This document shows positions 1-8,969 of a DNA stretch of 64,000 bases, in pieces (position 1 is the stretch's first letter; each line of letters opens with the position of its first letter). The position numbers were made by a program, and so were the translations under genes. The notes beneath the pieces were generated by a model. That model made no database searches and had not been told where the DNA came from. It saw only the letters and a list, made by a program, of their open reading frames with translations. This DNA is from Truepera sp. (GTDB taxonomy: Bacteria > Deinococcota > Deinococci > Deinococcales > Trueperaceae): assembly GCA_965215315.1 (NCBI GenBank), contig CBDCDB010000008.1, positions 441,515 to 505,514 of the forward strand. The letters run 5' to 3'.

Positions 1-546
1 GCTGAAGCTTTATTATCTAGACGAAGTAGGCTTTAGTCTGGCGCTGGGCACAACGTACACCTGGGCAAAATCTGGTCACACCACATTAGCAGTTCCGACA
101 CGCTGGAGATAGAACGGGCAAAGCCCGGCCCGTTGGGCCTAGTTCGCAGTCACGGACGACTTAACCTTATCGGTGCGCTCGAAGTTTATGGAGCAAGGCA
201 AACGCTTCACTACGAAGCTTTAGAAACATCGGTCAGAAGTGCCAATGTCCTAGCCTTCTTAGAACACCTCGCTGATAGCTGTTCGCCTGACAGCTTGAGT
301 GTTGTGGTTCTGGATAACGCTACTTTTCACCGCGCTAAAATGGTTCAATCCAAACGTGCTGCTTGGGAAGCTCAGGGACTCTATCTACGCTTTCTGCCGC
401 CTTATTGCCCACACTTCAATCTCATCGAATGTCTTTGGAAACGGCTCAAGGCTTGGCTCCTCCCAAGGCGTTGCTACGATGCCCTCAGAGACCTCCGCAA
501 AGCTGTTACCCAAGCACTCGAGCTGCTTGGAGCAACCGCCGTCTAA
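1..546 (+). mobile_element. IS630-family (Tc1/mariner-like) insertion sequence remnant, 5' end cut by the window edge; transposase reading frame is broken
   Basis: Frame 2 (2..112) reads ..LYYLDEVGFSLALGTTYTWAKSGHTTLAVPTRWR* (IS630 DE-GF / YxWA-KG motifs). Frame 1 (133..546) reads RLNLIGALE..VVVLDNATFHRAK..LPPYCPHFNLIECLW.. (DDE catalytic region). The two halves are in different frames, separated by a stop. Confidence 0.7.
133..546 (+). pseudogene. IS630-family DDE transposase, C-terminal catalytic portion (frameshifted relative to the N-terminal part at 2..112)
   Basis: Motifs NLIGAL, VLDNATFH and PPYCPHFNLIECLW are typical of IS630 transposases. The frame break near 105-135 could be a programmed frameshift or decay. 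Confidence 0.6.
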
Positions 547-669
547 GCCTCAGTCTTCATTTGGGGGTACTTAGCTTTGCAGAAGGCTGACAACTCGCTT
601 TTCAGCCAGTAGAAATCGAGAAAGTCTCAAGAACTTAACGATGCACTAAGTTCTGGCCTAGAAGCCATC

Positions 670-1152
670 TCAAAAACGCCTAAGCAGTAATTTGATGCAG
701 CCGAGATGCAGGAAGGCCAAGAAGTTTAGGGAGTGATGTTCATAGCGAACGACCAGACGGCGAAAGTTGCCGAGGTGGGCGAATAGCCGTTCAATCTTCC
801 AGCGCCGTTTGTAGCGCCTCAGTTTACGTCCATCTTGCGTCTTGGCTTTTTTACGGTTTCTTCGGTGAGGCGCAATCATTTCAACACCTGCTTCGGCGAG
901 TTCAGCGTCAAGCGGATCACTGTCATACGCTTTGTCACCGATTAACTTGTCGGGTTTGCCGCTGACGTGTCGAGATGCGAGAGTCGCGTGTACCAACCGG
1001 ACCTCATGTGGGCTAGCAGACGTAACGTGCAGGGCGAGGCAAGTACCACCAGCGTCCGATACCGCCATGACTTTGCTACCCTTACCCCGTTTAGTCTTAC
1101 CAACTGCTGACCCCCTTTTTTCGCAGCCACAAAGGTACCGTCGATAAAGCAT
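670..1152 (-). CDS. IS5/IS427-group transposase OrfB (DDE domain), expressed as an OrfAB fusion by -1 frameshift
   Basis: ..[53 protein letters not shown].. The slippery heptamer A AAA AAG is on the minus strand at 1111..1121 inside the 942..1152 overlap. Confidence 0.8.
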   Translation of the reverse strand: MLYRRYLCGCEKRGSAVGKTKRGKGSKVMAVSDAGGTCLALHVTSASPHEVRLVHATLASRHVSGKPDKLIGDKAYDSDPLDAELAEAGVEMIAPHRRNRKKAKTQDGRKLRRYKRRWKIERLFAHLGNFRRLVVRYEHHSLNFLAFLHLGCIKLLLRRF

Positions 1153-1439
1153 TCCGACAAGTCGAGTTTGCCCCGCTGCAGGGGGTCATGCGCTAAAGTC
1201 TCTAGAATCTGCCGCAACACGCCGTTTCTCTCCCATTCTTGAAAGCGCCGATGGCACGTCTGATAGGGCGGATAGCGCTCGGGTAAATCAGCCCACTGTG
1301 CGCCCGTTCGTAATATCCAGCAGATGCCCTTAAGTATCGCTCGTGGTTCTCGTCTGGGACGGCCTTTGCCATCTTTGCGTCGAGCTGGTTCGGGAATGAG
1401 CGGCCCTAGTACTTCCCACTGTTCATCGGTGAGTTCCAT
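942..1439 (-). CDS. IS5/IS427-group transposase OrfA (DNA-binding N-terminal part)
   Basis: [74 protein letters not shown]..; ends ..FVAAKKGG at the slippery site. Confidence 0.85.
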   Translation of the reverse strand: MELTDEQWEVLGPLIPEPARRKDGKGRPRREPRAILKGICWILRTGAQWADLPERYPPYQTCHRRFQEWERNGVLRQILETLAHDPLQRGKLDLSECFIDGTFVAAKKGGQQLVRLNGVRVAKSWRYRTLVVLASPCTLRLLAHMRSGWYTRLSHLDTSAANPTS

Positions 1440-1590
1440 ACCACCGTTCTAACAGCTATGCAGCTGACTATTCGTTTTTGAGATGGCTTCTAGGCATTTT
1501 GTACTCCTATCAATCGCTCGAGTTCAATCAAAGTTTGACCAGCGACCTTTAGACAAACCAGCTGATCAAAACTCATTGAGAATAGCAAAT

Positions 1591-4020
1591 CTACTCTCCA
1601 TACGGCACCCAAATATTCTTCACCTGCACCGCCCGCCGCAAATACTCTCTCCCCTGCCCCTGCTCCCCATCAAACCAGTCATGGCGCTTGCCATAATTCA
1701 CCCACGTCCGCTTGAGGTTCCCCACACTTTCGCGCTCAATCATAGCGCTCCCCACCTCACTCCCGACATACCAAAGTCCCTCCACCTCGTCGTGCTGTGC
1801 CAACGTCTTGGCGAGGCTTTCACGCGGCCCGGTCACAATGTTGATAACGCCACCCGGTACATCCGAGGTATCTAAAACTTGATACAAGTCGGTCGCGACC
1901 AGCGGATAGCGTTCACTCGGCAACACGACCACGCGGTTGCCCACCGCTACGCACGGCGCAACTAGTGACACCAGACTCAGCAGCGGCGCGTCGTCCGGGC
2001 AGACGACACCTATTATGCCTAAAGGCTCGTTCATGGCGAGCGTGACGTTGCGGGCCGGGACACCGTGAACCTGTCCGTCGTACTTGTCGGCGTAGGCTGC
2101 GTAGTAAAACAGCCGTTCGACCGACGCCAGCACTTCGGCTTCAGCTTTGCGGCGGCTCACGCCGGTCAGTTGTACGAGCCGCGCCTCAAACTCGGGCGCG
2201 TGTGCTGAGAGGTTTTCAGCCAGGTAATACACGACCTGAGCGCGTGCGTGCGCCGTCAGCTTCGTCCAGCCTGCCGCCTTACGCGCCGCTTCGACGGCGT
2301 TGCGGACGTCTTTACGGTTGCCTTCACCGACTTCGCCTGCGAGCTTGCCTTTAGCGTCTGCAATCCGGACGCTGTAGCCCGAATCAGGACGGGCTTGTTT
2401 GCCGCCGACGTAGAGCTTGGGCGTGCGGTCGATGGCGGGTAGGGAGGCGGTTTCAGTGGAGGACTCGAGCCCCTCCGAAAATTCCGGTACACCCAAATCA
2501 CCCTCACCGTAAAGCGGTAAACCCTTTTCCCACGTCGGTTTCACGTACTCAAAAAGCCCTTCGCGGCCCCCCTCACGACCAAAACCCGACTCGCGGTAGC
2601 CACCGAACCCCGCCGCCGCGTCAAACTGATTGGTACAGTTGACCCACACGACCCCGGCTTTGATTTTGGGCGCAATATCGAGCGCCAGGTTAACGTTTTC
2701 CGTCCAGACCGACGCCGCGAGGCCGTAACGGGTGTTGTTGGCGAGTTCTACGGCTTCGGCAGGCGTGCGAAAGGTCGAGCCGACCAGCACCGGGCCGAAG
2801 ATTTCAATTTGGGCGATGGTTGAAGCGGGTTCGGCGTCCATAAACAGCGTCGGCGGAAAGAAAAAGCCGGTTTGCGGGACGCTCCATGAGGGTTGATAGC
2901 AGATTGCGCCTTCAGCCTTACCCTGTTCAACCAAACGGGTGATTTTACCTAACTGCACTTCAGCTATGACTGCGCCCATATCAACTGATTTGTCCAGTGG
3001 GTCGCCGACACGCAGGGTCTCCATTCGGGCACGCAGTTTCGCCGTAAGCTTCTCGGCAATCCCTTCTTGCACCAAGAGTCGTGAACCCGCACAGCAAACT
3101 TGGCCCTGATTAAACCAGATGGCGTCCACCACACCCTCAACGACGCTATCCAAGTCGGCATCTTCAAACACGACAAAAGGAGACTTGCCGCCGAGCTCGA
3201 GCGACAGCTTTTTTCCACTGCCCGCACTCTGCTCCCGGATGAGCTTGCCAACTTCGGTTGAACCTGTAAACGCAAGTTTGTCTACGCCGCCGTGATTGAC
3301 CAGCAGTTCACCCGTGCGTCCGTCGCCAGTCACGATATTTACAACACCCGGCGGCAGGCCGATTTCTTGCGTGATTTCGGCAAACAAAAGTGCGGTCAGC
3401 GGGGTAAACTCGGCGGGTTTTAAGACGACAGTGTTGCCCATTGCCAGGGCCGGGGCGAGCTTCCAGGCGAGCATCAAGACCGGAAAGTTCCAGGGGATAA
3501 TCTGAGCGCAGACACCGACGCTTTCAAAACCGGGAAGTTCAGAATCTTTAAGCTGCGCCCAGCCCGCGTGGTGATAAAAGTGGCGGACGGCGAGCGGGAT
3601 GTCCAGGTCTCGAGTTTCACGAATCGGTTTGCCGTTGTCTAGAGTTTCCAAAACAGCGAAGAGCCTCGAGTGCTTCTGCAATTGCCGCGCCAGGGCGTAG
3701 AGATAACGTGTCCGCGCGTGACCTGAAAGCCCTGACCACGCCGGAAACGCTTTACGCGCGGCGGCAACGGCAGCGTCCACGTCTTTTTCGTCCGCCTGTG
3801 AGACGCTCGCCAAAACCTCTTTATTGGCCGGGTTGAGCGTATCGAAGCGTTCGCCGGATTTGGCTTTAACAAATTTGCCGCCGACGAACAGCTCAAAACG
3901 GCTTTTGTGGCGGCTTAACCAGTCGTAAGCAGCGTCGGCACTCTCAGGGGCGGGGCCGTAATCCATCGTTTCAAAAATGTCCTTTACGGTTTGTTTTAGT
4001 TCGGTTTGAGGGGTGCTCAT
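1591..4020 (-). CDS. Aldehyde dehydrogenase family protein, 809 aa. Complete ALDH domain plus a C-terminal partial second ALDH-like, NAD-binding-type domain
   Basis: N-terminal 500 aa carry ELGGKSP and GQVCCAGSR catalytic motifs. The C-terminal 300 aa repeat the Rossmann-part pattern (KLYVGGK.., EPLGIIGVVCP.., GGVINIVTG) without catalytic Cys/Glu. The start ATG overlaps the upstream VapC stop (ATGA). Confidence 0.85.
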   Translation of the reverse strand: MSTPQTELKQTVKDIFETMDYGPAPESADAAYDWLSRHKSRFELFVGGKFVKAKSGERFDTLNPANKEVLASVSQADEKDVDAAVAAARKAFPAWSGLSGHARTRYLYALARQLQKHSRLFAVLETLDNGKPIRETRDLDIPLAVRHFYHHAGWAQLKDSELPGFESVGVCAQIIPWNFPVLMLAWKLAPALAMGNTVVLKPAEFTPLTALLFAEITQEIGLPPGVVNIVTGDGRTGELLVNHGGVDKLAFTGSTEVGKLIREQSAGSGKKLSLELGGKSPFVVFEDADLDSVVEGVVDAIWFNQGQVCCAGSRLLVQEGIAEKLTAKLRARMETLRVGDPLDKSVDMGAVIAEVQLGKITRLVEQGKAEGAICYQPSWSVPQTGFFFPPTLFMDAEPASTIAQIEIFGPVLVGSTFRTPAEAVELANNTRYGLAASVWTENVNLALDIAPKIKAGVVWVNCTNQFDAAAGFGGYRESGFGREGGREGLFEYVKPTWEKGLPLYGEGDLGVPEFSEGLESSTETASLPAIDRTPKLYVGGKQARPDSGYSVRIADAKGKLAGEVGEGNRKDVRNAVEAARKAAGWTKLTAHARAQVVYYLAENLSAHAPEFEARLVQLTGVSRRKAEAEVLASVERLFYYAAYADKYDGQVHGVPARNVTLAMNEPLGIIGVVCPDDAPLLSLVSLVAPCVAVGNRVVVLPSERYPLVATDLYQVLDTSDVPGGVINIVTGPRESLAKTLAQHDEVEGLWYVGSEVGSAMIERESVGNLKRTWVNYGKRHDWFDGEQGQGREYLRRAVQVKNIWVPYGE

Positions 4021-4454
4021 AAGGCTCCTATGCCTGCGTCACTTGCCGGGACACCGAGGGCTTCGGCGGCGCGGAGGAGGGGTTTGTCAAGGGTGTAAAG
4101 GGGCAACTGTTGATTTTTTGCAGCGGCTATATGTAAGGCGTCGGCACCCCTCAGGCCCAAAGTAGGGTCTTCCAGCAGCAACGTCGCAGCTAGTACGAAA
4201 TCATTCGCTGAAGGTGTATAGATATGGTAGGTCACCTCCATATCTCTGTCAAAGCTCTGCATCAGCGGCTTTACGTTGGCCTCAACTTGCAGTTTCATCC
4301 TTACGTTGCGTGCCAGTGTACTGGCGAACTCAACTTTAGCCCAGCGGCTAACTACAAAACGCTCCGCAGCTGTAAGTAAAAACGCCTCTACCGCTTCGCT
4401 CGTCGCCTCATTTAGATATAGCGGTACGAGAAGACTTGTGTCTAAATAGATCAC
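4017..4454 (-). CDS. vapC: Type II toxin VapC (PIN-domain ribonuclease)
   Basis: MIYLDTSLLVPLYLNE.. matches the PIN domain consensus. It lies immediately downstream of a small antitoxin gene. Confidence 0.8.
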   Translation of the reverse strand: MIYLDTSLLVPLYLNEATSEAVEAFLLTAAERFVVSRWAKVEFASTLARNVRMKLQVEANVKPLMQSFDRDMEVTYHIYTPSANDFVLAATLLLEDPTLGLRGADALHIAAAKNQQLPLYTLDKPLLRAAEALGVPASDAGIGAL

Positions 4455-4466
4455 CGGACCACGGGC

Positions 4467-4700
4467 TTAGTACCGCGCCTCATCCCGCATCGCTAAAAAG
4501 CTCGCTAGCGCGCCACCTTCAACTTTGCCGAACTTTTCCCTCAGCTCAGCCCTCGAGGAAAGCGGCTCGGAGACCTTTTCGGTAGGTGATAGCACCGCGA
4601 CCGGCTTACCCCGCCGCGTAATCGTCACCTTTTCGCCCGCCTCAACTTGTTTAAGCAGCTCACTTAGTTTTGCCTTGGCCTCTGCCACGCTGACTTCCAC
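4467..4700 (-). CDS. Antitoxin, Phd/YefM-like (cognate of VapC 4017..4454)
   Basis: VEVSVAEAKAKLSELLKQVEAGEKVTITRRGKPVAVLSP.. is the Phd/YefM signature. GTG start at 4698..4700 is preceded by GGAGGT; the ATG at 4721 is the alternative. Confidence 0.6.
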   Translation of the reverse strand: MEVSVAEAKAKLSELLKQVEAGEKVTITRRGKPVAVLSPTEKVSEPLSSRAELREKFGKVEGGALASFLAMRDEARY

Positions 4701-4767
4701 CTTGCACCTCCAAATCTTCATTGGTGGTCATAGTTGTAGTCATTTTAGCACGGGCGTCAGCGGGCAC

Positions 4768-5142
4768 TTACAAGCGCGACTGCACCCTACTTACCAATCC
4801 CGGATGGTCACGTTCTAGCGCGTCCATCACCCTTTCGCCAAATTGTTTTGTCCATTCGGCAGCCTTCACCACGAGGTCTTCATCGTCTTCGGGTATTTCG
4901 GCAATTTTTTTGGGATAACGCGCGATTAAAAGGCAGGTTTGTCGCTCGAGGTCTCTCAAATAATCCCACGCATGGGCAATTCGGCACTCTTCTAAACCTT
5001 TAGCGGCCCGTTCAGACACGAGTTCTTCAGTCCATGAAGTCTGACCGGCAACGAACCCTTTAGCGCCAAGGGTGTAGATGGAGCCGGAACCGGCGAAAAC
5101 ACGGTCGAACGCGCCTTCAAACCGTTCACAGACGTAAGGCAA
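4768..5142 (-). CDS. Hypothetical protein (124 aa), no family recognised
   Basis: Long ORF with plausible composition between two TA/GNAT modules. Shadow ORFs exist on the opposite strand. Confidence 0.4.
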   Translation of the reverse strand: MPYVCERFEGAFDRVFAGSGSIYTLGAKGFVAGQTSWTEELVSERAAKGLEECRIAHAWDYLRDLERQTCLLIARYPKKIAEIPEDDEDLVVKAAEWTKQFGERVMDALERDHPGLVSRVQSRL

Positions 5143-5315
5143 CCCTGTCTCGGCGTCTCACCCTCTAGCGCAAGCAAAGTCTCCTACACCGCGAGCCAAA
5201 AAAGGGGCCGCCATCGCCTCACTCCGCACAGCGTAAACCCACCTCTGCTGGTGCGTGCTGGAACGGGGCTCGAGCCTCCTTAATCCCTGTACCGGCGAAG
5301 CGTGATAAAGCACGT

Positions 5316-5876
5316 TCAAGACAGTGTTTCCCCCTGTGCCTGCCGGTCGTCAGCGAGCAAACTGTAAACCAGATAGTCCACCAAACCTGCTTGGGTATAC
5401 CCCATTTGCCGCAATTTGCCCTCGAGCGTAAAGCCCAACCGTTCAGGAATAGCCCGACTTTTTACGTTCGTCTCAGCGCACTTTATCTCAATACGGTTGA
5501 GGCCAAGTTCCGTAAAAAGGTAGTCGCGCAGTTTACGGCAAGCCTTGGTCATGACGCCGCGCCCCTCAAATTCTGCGCCGAGCCAGTAACCGATTTCAGT
5601 ACAGCAAAACTCTTTCATGATGTAGTTAAGCCCGATAACGCCTGCAAGCTTACCGTTCAGCCAAATGCCGAGCTGAAAGCCGTCATCCCTGACGAATCGC
5701 TCCAGCTGTGACCGTATAAACGCTTCTGAATCCGCAACTGTTTTTGTCGCTTCGACCCAAGGAAACCAGGGGTCGAGGTGATCACGGTTTCTATCCGTAA
5801 GGTTGAATAATGCCACTGCGTGACGCGACTCGAGCAACCGAAGTACTAACCCTTCTTCAACGACTGCCTCAAACAT
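5316..5876 (-). CDS. GNAT family N-acetyltransferase, RimJ/RimL-like (copy 1)
   Basis: ..NRIEIKCAETNVKSRAIPERLGFTLEGKLRQ.. Start ATG directly abuts the stop of the upstream GNAT (TAGATG). Confidence 0.85.
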   Translation of the reverse strand: MFEAVVEEGLVLRLLESRHAVALFNLTDRNRDHLDPWFPWVEATKTVADSEAFIRSQLERFVRDDGFQLGIWLNGKLAGVIGLNYIMKEFCCTEIGYWLGAEFEGRGVMTKACRKLRDYLFTELGLNRIEIKCAETNVKSRAIPERLGFTLEGKLRQMGYTQAGLVDYLVYSLLADDRQAQGETLS

Positions 5877-6422
5877 CTAACTTGCCCGCCACTCACTCTT
5901 GAGCAACCCGTACACAACCCAGTCGCTCCAGCCGGACTCGAGCTTGTCCATCCGCCGCAAGGTGCCCTCATGGGTAAAGCCCAACCGCTCCGGCACCCGC
6001 CGACTCCGCACGTTTTCCGGCGCACAGCGGATCTCAACCCGGCTCAGCTTCAGGTCGTCAAAGCAGTAGGCGCACAGCCCCCGCACCGTGCGCGTCGCCA
6101 GCCCTCGCCCCTGCGCACCTCGTGCCAGCCAGTACCCGAGTTCGGTACGTTCCGTGTCCCAGCGGATGTAGTGCAGCCCGGTCATCCCGACCAACGCGCC
6201 GTTCAGAAAGATGCCAGCCTGAAATCCGTCGTGGCGGGCGAACTGCTCTAAGCCCAGCTTGATAAAACTTTCTGTTTGTGACACGGCTTGAATCTTGGAG
6301 ACCCACGGCAGGTACGTTTTGAGATGCTCACGGTTCTCTACGGTCAGGTCGAAGAGTAACCGTGCGTGGCGGTGTTCTAACAGGCGAAGCTCGAGGCGGT
6401 CGTCCAGAATAAGGGCAAACAT
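5877..6422 (-). CDS. GNAT family N-acetyltransferase, RimJ/RimL-like (copy 2, paralog of 5316..5876)
   Basis: ..VEIRCAPENVRSRRVPERLGFTHEGTLRR.. Start taken at the internal Met (MFALILDDRLELRLLE) at 6420..6422, 1 nt after the VapC stop. Confidence 0.85.
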   Translation of the reverse strand: MFALILDDRLELRLLEHRHARLLFDLTVENREHLKTYLPWVSKIQAVSQTESFIKLGLEQFARHDGFQAGIFLNGALVGMTGLHYIRWDTERTELGYWLARGAQGRGLATRTVRGLCAYCFDDLKLSRVEIRCAPENVRSRRVPERLGFTHEGTLRRMDKLESGWSDWVVYGLLKSEWRAS

Positions 6423-6423
6423 C

Positions 6424-6828
6424 TCAGGCTGCCGGTTCCCAGGACTCGAGGCGCAGGCTATCAATACGTTCAAAGTGTTTGAGGTTGCGGGTTACTAAAA
6501 CTGCATTGTTGGCGATAGCAATACCTGCAATAAGGATGTCGGCGTCTTCAAGTAAAGTCCTTTGACGGCGAAGGTCTTGGTAGATGGGTGCTGAAACGTC
6601 AAGTGCTATGCGGCCTAGCTCAAGCACCACAGCTTCTTGCAAAAGCGCCTCGAAAAGCAGCTTTTTTCTGGTTGCTTCTGACCTAAGGCCACGCTGCGTT
6701 TCAAAATAGCTCAGCGCGTTGAGGGTAACATCATGGCCTTGCTTTACGCACACCTCTAGCTCGTCTATCACCTTGCGGTCACGCCGCAAAAGGGCGGCTC
6801 TCACATTCGTATCGAGTGTGTAAATCAA
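6424..6828 (-). CDS. vapC: Type II toxin VapC (PIN domain), second copy
   Basis: (M)IYTLDTNVRAALLRRD..DADILIAGIAIANNAVLVTRNLKHFERI. TTG start overlaps the stop of the upstream small ORF (TTGA). Confidence 0.8.
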   Translation of the reverse strand: MIYTLDTNVRAALLRRDRKVIDELEVCVKQGHDVTLNALSYFETQRGLRSEATRKKLLFEALLQEAVVLELGRIALDVSAPIYQDLRRQRTLLEDADILIAGIAIANNAVLVTRNLKHFERIDSLRLESWEPAA

Positions 6829-6983
6829 TCTTCATCCGGAAGGTCGAGCGCACGCCCACCGAACAGGGGACGGCGGCGAGCATGTTTCTCAAACTCAGCG
6901 TATTCTTCAGGGTCAGATAGGAGACCGAAAATACCGCGCCAAGCTGCGAGGCGTCGTTTTATCTCTTCAGGAGAGGGTTTCAT
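6825..6983 (-). CDS. Small antitoxin-like protein (52 aa) translationally coupled to VapC 6424..6828
   Basis: MKPSPEEIKRRLAAWRGIFGLLSDPEEYAEFEKHARRRPLFGGRALDLPDED. Not in the ORF track because it is under 60 aa. Its stop overlaps the VapC start. Confidence 0.55.
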   Translation of the reverse strand: MKPSPEEIKRRLAAWRGIFGLLSDPEEYAEFEKHARRRPLFGGRALDLPDED

Positions 6984-7035
6984 GATCGTATCCAGCTGAG
7001 TTTCTAAAGCCTCGAGTTCGGCTTCGTTCAGCCTT

Positions 7036-7269
7036 TCAATACGCTTTATGAGGCGCTCCTTTGTCGTCGTTTCTTTGACCGTCAGTTACGGCCTCCTTAA
7101 ACGCTGCCTTATCTTCCTCGCTCATAGGCGCAGCAAGTTCATCTAAAAGGTGAAATTCTTCCTCGAGCTGACGTTGATTCCTCCGGCTCTGAAGGTCTTT
7201 TTCTATCTCTGAAAGCTCGGTTTCATCAAACGCTTCTAACTGTTTAGTAACACGTTCTTTTACGGTCAT
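7036..7269 (-). CDS. Small hypothetical protein (78 aa), possibly an addiction-module component
   Basis: MTVKERVTKQLEAFDETELSEIEKDLQSRRNQRQLEEEFHLLDELAAPMSEEDKAAFKEAV.. lies between deoC and the VapBC pair. Confidence 0.4.
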   Translation of the reverse strand: MTVKERVTKQLEAFDETELSEIEKDLQSRRNQRQLEEEFHLLDELAAPMSEEDKAAFKEAVTDGQRNDDKGAPHKAY

Positions 7270-7279
7270 GTTCAACCTC

Positions 7280-8284
7280 CTAAGCCAAAGGCTGCCGGTA
7301 CAGCGCCGCGTACCGCCCCGTAACGTAATGCTCCAACTGCCGTTCAATATCTCCCAGAAGGCTACTCGCCCCAAACCTGAACAGTTCAGGCTCGAGCCAC
7401 GCCCGCCCCAGTTCCTCTTTCATCAAGGAGAGCCACAACAGCGACTCTTTCGCCGTTTTAATCCCGCCCGCAGGCTTGAAGCCGACGTAAACGCCGGTGC
7501 GTTCAAAATACTCGCGCACCGCCCGCACCATCACCAGACTGACCGTCGGGGTCGCGTTTTCAGCCTCTTTGCCGGTCGAGGTCTTGACAAAATCGGCCCC
7601 CGCCATCATCGCTACGAGTGAGGCTTTATAGACGTTTCTGAGCGTCCCGAGTTCGCCGGTTGCCAAAATTGCCTTAAGGTGCGCGTCGCCGCAGGTGTCG
7701 CGGAACAGGCGCACTTCGTTGTAAAGCGCCTCCCAGTCTCCGGTCAGAACATGTTCGCGGGTGATGACAATATCAATTTCAGCAGCACCTTCGGAAGTGG
7801 CGTAACGGATTTCGTCCAGACGTTGCGGCAGCGGCGTAAGGCCCGCCGGAAAACCTGTTGCTACCGACGCCACCGGAATACCTGAGCCTTCCAAAGCTCG
7901 AACCGCGTGCGGCACCATCGTCGGATAGACGCAGACCGCACCGACCGTCGGACCTGCGTCTGCCATGCCTAGAGCGTCTAAAATGTCGTGTCTTACCGGA
8001 TGTTTGGCCTTGGCGCAGAGGCGTTCAATTCGGCCTTTGGTGTCGTCTCCGGCGAGCGTCGTCAGGTCGATGCAGCTGACCGCCTTGAGGAGCCACGCGG
8101 CTTGAAACGCCCGTTTAACCGACCGCCGTCCGGAGAGCGACCCGGCGCGGCGTTCGACTGCGCTACGGTTGACCTGCACATCTCTGAGCCAGCCCAGCTC
8201 GAGTTCCGTACCCGGATTACGCGGATAGCTCGGCCTCTGCGTTTTTATATAAGCCTCTACGGTATTAGGTTCTTGAATCGCCAT
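7280..8284 (-). CDS. deoC: Deoxyribose-phosphate aldolase, long form (334 aa)
   Basis: ..CIDLTTLAGDDT..VCVYP..GAAEIDIVI..ADFVKTSTGKEAENATP..FKPAGGIKT..FRFGASSLL match DeoC. The active-site Lys region is conserved. Confidence 0.85.
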   Translation of the reverse strand: MAIQEPNTVEAYIKTQRPSYPRNPGTELELGWLRDVQVNRSAVERRAGSLSGRRSVKRAFQAAWLLKAVSCIDLTTLAGDDTKGRIERLCAKAKHPVRHDILDALGMADAGPTVGAVCVYPTMVPHAVRALEGSGIPVASVATGFPAGLTPLPQRLDEIRYATSEGAAEIDIVITREHVLTGDWEALYNEVRLFRDTCGDAHLKAILATGELGTLRNVYKASLVAMMAGADFVKTSTGKEAENATPTVSLVMVRAVREYFERTGVYVGFKPAGGIKTAKESLLWLSLMKEELGRAWLEPELFRFGASSLLGDIERQLEHYVTGRYAALYRQPLA

Positions 8285-8362
8285 GATGCACGCTCCTCAG
8301 CAGCTTTGTGTCTCTGTTTGACCTACAGTCTAGCGCAGTGAAGAGGCGCTAAGGTAAGGGGA

Positions 8363-8653
8363 ATGCGTCACTTTGTCCGCACCCCGCACGGCGTCTGCGC
8401 CGTTATTTTGGAACGCGAGGAGCTTGACCTAGACGAGCGCGGCGGTTTCGAAGCGAGCTGGGCGGGTGAGACGGACGGTGAAGAGGTGCTCGAGCTTGAC
8501 GCCTACCGAAAGATTGTCAAGGCGTATCTAGCGGAACTTTACCGGGAACGGCACAAGCAGGAGCCAGGAAACATCACCCTCAATCTAGCGAGTCACCAAC
8601 TTCTCGACGACTTGGGGGGCTGGACGAAACTGAACTGGCGTCCAAGCGAATAA
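8363..8653 (+). CDS. Hypothetical protein (96 aa)
   Basis: ORF divergent from deoC with no recognisable motif. Confidence 0.4.
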   Translation: MRHFVRTPHGVCAVILEREELDLDERGGFEASWAGETDGEEVLELDAYRKIVKAYLAELYRERHKQEPGNITLNLASHQLLDDLGGWTKLNWRPSE

Positions 8654-8969
8654 GGGTGAGTAAACGGTTTTTCAAGGGCGCAACTTTTCAATTCTAGACC
8701 TTTTGGGTAGCGGTGTCCAGCCGTAAAAAGCTGTGTCTTTTGAGTTAAAAATCTCCGCTGCAACGAGCTTCAGTACGTTCTATAGTGAGGGGCGAAGGAG
8801 GTGGAGGTTATTCAAGCCACACTTCAAGGCTGCGGCCCCCGGTGCCACTAGAGGCTCGAGCGTGTATCCCCGAATTTCAGCTGGGAACCGAAAGAGCGAG
8901 ACGAGGCCGAAGGCGCACGCAGCCTATTTTTTGCCGATTTGACAGGTTAGGCGGTGCCAAAGTAGCCGG

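Larger units (their letters stand above)
655..1496 (-). mobile_element. Complete IS5-family (IS427/IS1031 group) insertion sequence, about 842 bp, with 24-bp terminal inverted repeats
   Basis: Left IR is GGCCTAGAAGCCATCTCAAAAACG at 655..678. Right IR at 1473..1496 is its reverse complement in 23 of 24 positions. Two overlapping transposase ORFs are enclosed. Confidence 0.85.

Noticed and set aside
2248-3896. Several ORFs of 60-100 codons on both strands inside the aldehyde dehydrogenase gene
   Set aside because: They are typical high-GC shadow ORFs fully overlapped by a conserved long CDS.
5316-6422. The GNAT genes as GNAT-type TA toxins (AtaT/TacT-like) because of the flanking antitoxin-like genes
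   Set aside because: Their length (about 185 aa) and motifs (..RIEIKCAETNVKSRAIPERLGF..) match RimJ/RimL-type acetyltransferases. The adjacent toxins are clearly PIN/VapC.
8654-8969. Small ORFs 8733..8942 and 8785..8988 in the deoC / YihY intergenic region
   Set aside because: They overlap each other in different frames, lack an RBS and show no coding-like composition; this is probably a non-coding promoter region.
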